This document shows positions 61,765 through 64,000 of a DNA stretch of 64,000 nt, piece by piece. A program made the position numbers and the translations under genes. The DNA comes from Podarcis melisellensis. Taxonomy: Eukaryota. The stretch's first letter is position 1; each line of letters starts with the position of its first letter. Below the pieces are notes generated by a model that did no database searches, was not told where the DNA came from, and was given only the letters and a program-made list of their open reading frames with translations. The stretch is from NCBI GenBank assembly GCA_964234715.1, contig OZ174281.1; one strand, 5' to 3'.

Positions 61765-62290
61765 CAGTGGCGTAGCGTGGAGGTGCAGGGGGGGCCGGCC
61801 GCACTGGGCACAACATCTGGGGGTTAGGGTTAAAGGTAAAGGTAAAGGTACCCCTGCCCGTACGGGCCAGTCTTGACAGACTCTGGGGTTGTGCGCCCAT
61901 CTCACTCTAGAGGCCAGGGGCCAGCGCTGTCCGGAGACACTTCTGGGTCACGTGGCCAGCGTGACATCGCTGCTCTGGCGAGCCAGAGCCGCACACGGAA
62001 ACGCCGTTTACCTTCCCGCTGGTAAGCGGTCCCTATTTATCTACTTGCACCCGGAGGTGCTTTCGAACTGCTAGGTTGGCAGGCGCTGGGACCGAGCAGT
62101 GGGAGCGCACCCCGCTGCAGGGATTCGAACCGCCGACCTTTCGATCGGCAAGTCCTAGGCGCTGAGGCTTTAACCCACAGCGCCACCTGCGTCCCTACTG
62201 GGGTTAGGGTTAGGGGGCGCAAATCCACAGGTTAGGGGGTGCAAATTACTTGCCTTGCCCCGGGTGCTGACAACCCACGCTACGCCACTG
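61765..62290. mobile_element. Non-autonomous hAT element interrupted by a Sauria SINE
   Basis: Perfect 16-bp TIR CAGTGGCGTAGCGTGG / CCACGCTACGCCACTG and exact 8-bp TSD CCTACGTA (61757-61764 / 62291-62298). Confidence 0.95.
61833..62195 (-). mobile_element. Full-length Sauria SINE nested in the hAT element
   Basis: (ACCTTT)3 tail and B-box GGTTCGAATCCC. Highly similar to 26330-26694. Flanked by a GGGGTTAGGGTTA duplication. Confidence 0.95.
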
Positions 62291-62317
62291 CCTACGTAGT
62301 GTTTGGTTACAACAGTA

Positions 62318-62559
62318 CAGTGGTACCTCAGGTTAAGTACTTAATTTGTTCCGGAGGTCTGTACTTAACGTGAAACTGTTCTTAACCTGAAGCAGCACTT
62401 TAGCTAATGGGGCCTCCTGCTGCCACTGTGCCACCGGAGCACAATTTCTGTTCTCATCCTGAAGCAAAGTTCTTAACCTGAAGCACTATTTCTGGGTTAG
62501 CTGACTCTGTAACCTGAAGCATATGTAACCTGAAGCGTATGTAACCTGAGGTACCACTG
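62318..62559. mobile_element. Tc1/mariner (Tigger-like) MITE, copy 3
   Basis: Perfect 18-bp TIR CAGTGGTACCTCAGGTTA with TA TSD. Confidence 0.93.
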
Positions 62560-64000
62560 TACTATCATAACCTCCGTTTCCAGAGAGGTCTTTTAAGATT
62601 TCACAAGATTCTTTGTTGTTTCTATAACCTCACAGCTTTCACAGTACAAAAAGCCATGCATCTCAAACGCTTTTTCCCAAACAGGACATTCACAGAATAC
62701 CTCACACGGACGCACATTTTGCCCTACCCTGGCACACCTTTCTCAAGCACATAAAGGTATATTGGGGGGATATGAACTTCTGGTACCCTGGGTGTTTATT
62801 CTTACTTTCTCATCTGTAAGCTTCCTAGAAAGCCATTCAATCCTATCACTCCATCTAATCTTCATTTTCCTAGAGAAGATGACACAATTGCTTTCTTGGT
62901 GTGCTTGCATGCTCAAGGAAAACATTCCTGATTTTTATGGGTCCATATCCAAGTCAAACCCATGACACCAGTTCATATATCACATTTTCCTGAATATGTG
63001 AAAATGGTATTCAGAGGCAGACCCACCTTTAAGTGCACTATGACAAAGCTTCTCCCCCCACCCCACCCCCTTGGATAGAAACTGGTAAGTTGCAAGGAGC
63101 CTGAACTAGTTGAGGAATTTCTATGCTTGACAAAGTAATATCTGTCATTTTTAAAGCCGTAAAACATTTTACTGCTGGGAAAGGATTTTGATGTTTGTAA
63201 CATACTTCTATTGAAGTACAGTTCGAAGTACTTTTCAAACAAAAAAAAATGCCACATCTGAGAAACAGACCAACAGGAAGCATAAGACACTTGTTCATCT
63301 GTATTTCTGTGACTTTTCTCACTTGGTATTATTTGCAACTATACTTTCATGTTTCTCAGCAGTGCCAACTCTACTAAGAATCATATATTATTTTTATCAT
63401 GTTGATTACATATGTTCTCCAGTTTTGCTGCCTACATATGATTAGTGTGGTTTGCAGAAAGTCAGTGACACAATCCAGAGCACGACATTCACACAAAGAA
63501 TGTGTTTACTGTGAAACTTTGCCTTAGAAGTTTGCTTTCTTTCACAGCTTTGATCCACATGACATCAACAGTCCAGCATTTTGAATGTCTGCTAACCATT
63601 TAACATTATGAAAATCACTTTCACACTAGGCAGCTACTGAGAGAGAAGGTATTTGCAAAAAAAGAGAGATCCCTTTCCTGACTGATTTTTTTTCCTTGCA
63701 GGGGTGGGGGAGCCCTTAAGATCATGATAATGTAACTGAAAATTAAATTATTGTTCATCAGTGCTTCATAGACCGTTGAAGTGTCTGAAAAAATATGAAA
63801 GCATGCACGATAATTCAGTAATCAATGTAAAAAAGGAAAATTCTATACAAAAAGATTTTCATCAGAATACATGTTTTACTGGATAACTTTTATTCCAGCC
63901 CTGTGATGATGTTTAAACTGTGTAATTAGCATGGGGCTCAGGATCATGCAAGTTTACTTTGCCTACCAGTTCTTTGTGTATTCAACTTTATTTTTGCATG

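Noticed and set aside
1-64000. Prokaryote-style novel system (CRISPR array, operon, defence island)
   Set aside because: The DNA is a vertebrate intron/exon region. I saw no regularly spaced repeat-spacer array and no gene-dense ORFs.
46414-64000. Preceding VPS13B exon (expected to end near ...RKDIYQ)
   Set aside because: No matching sequence found by eye; presumed to lie beyond the window. The same applies to the exon after 7781.

Overview
Vertebrate genomic DNA from a squamate reptile; a lacertid lizard is inferred from the Sauria SINE, Squam SINE, BovB and L2 repertoire. The whole window lies inside VPS13B (COH1) on the minus strand. Six consecutive coding exons chain with canonical AG/GT sites and matching phases: 46413-46210, 41690-41564, 39911-39768, 21205-20503, 13553-13416 and 8185-7781. 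From memory these correspond to human exons ~31-36, and two of them are missed by the ORF track. The intron upstream of these exons holds the conserved miR-875/miR-599 hairpin pair (52375-52593) on the + strand, antisense to VPS13B. The rest is intron filled with transposable elements: Sauria and Squam SINEs; BovB, L1, L2 and CR1 fragments; a Penelope remnant; a solo LTR; and hAT and Tc1/mariner MITEs, several with readable TIRs and TSDs. There are two N-gaps. Almost all other ORFs in the track are spurious. I found no convincing new biological system. The best leads are regulatory or structural: an E-box cluster, inverted repeats near or flanking exons, an L1 relic abutting a splice acceptor, and nested transposon insertions.
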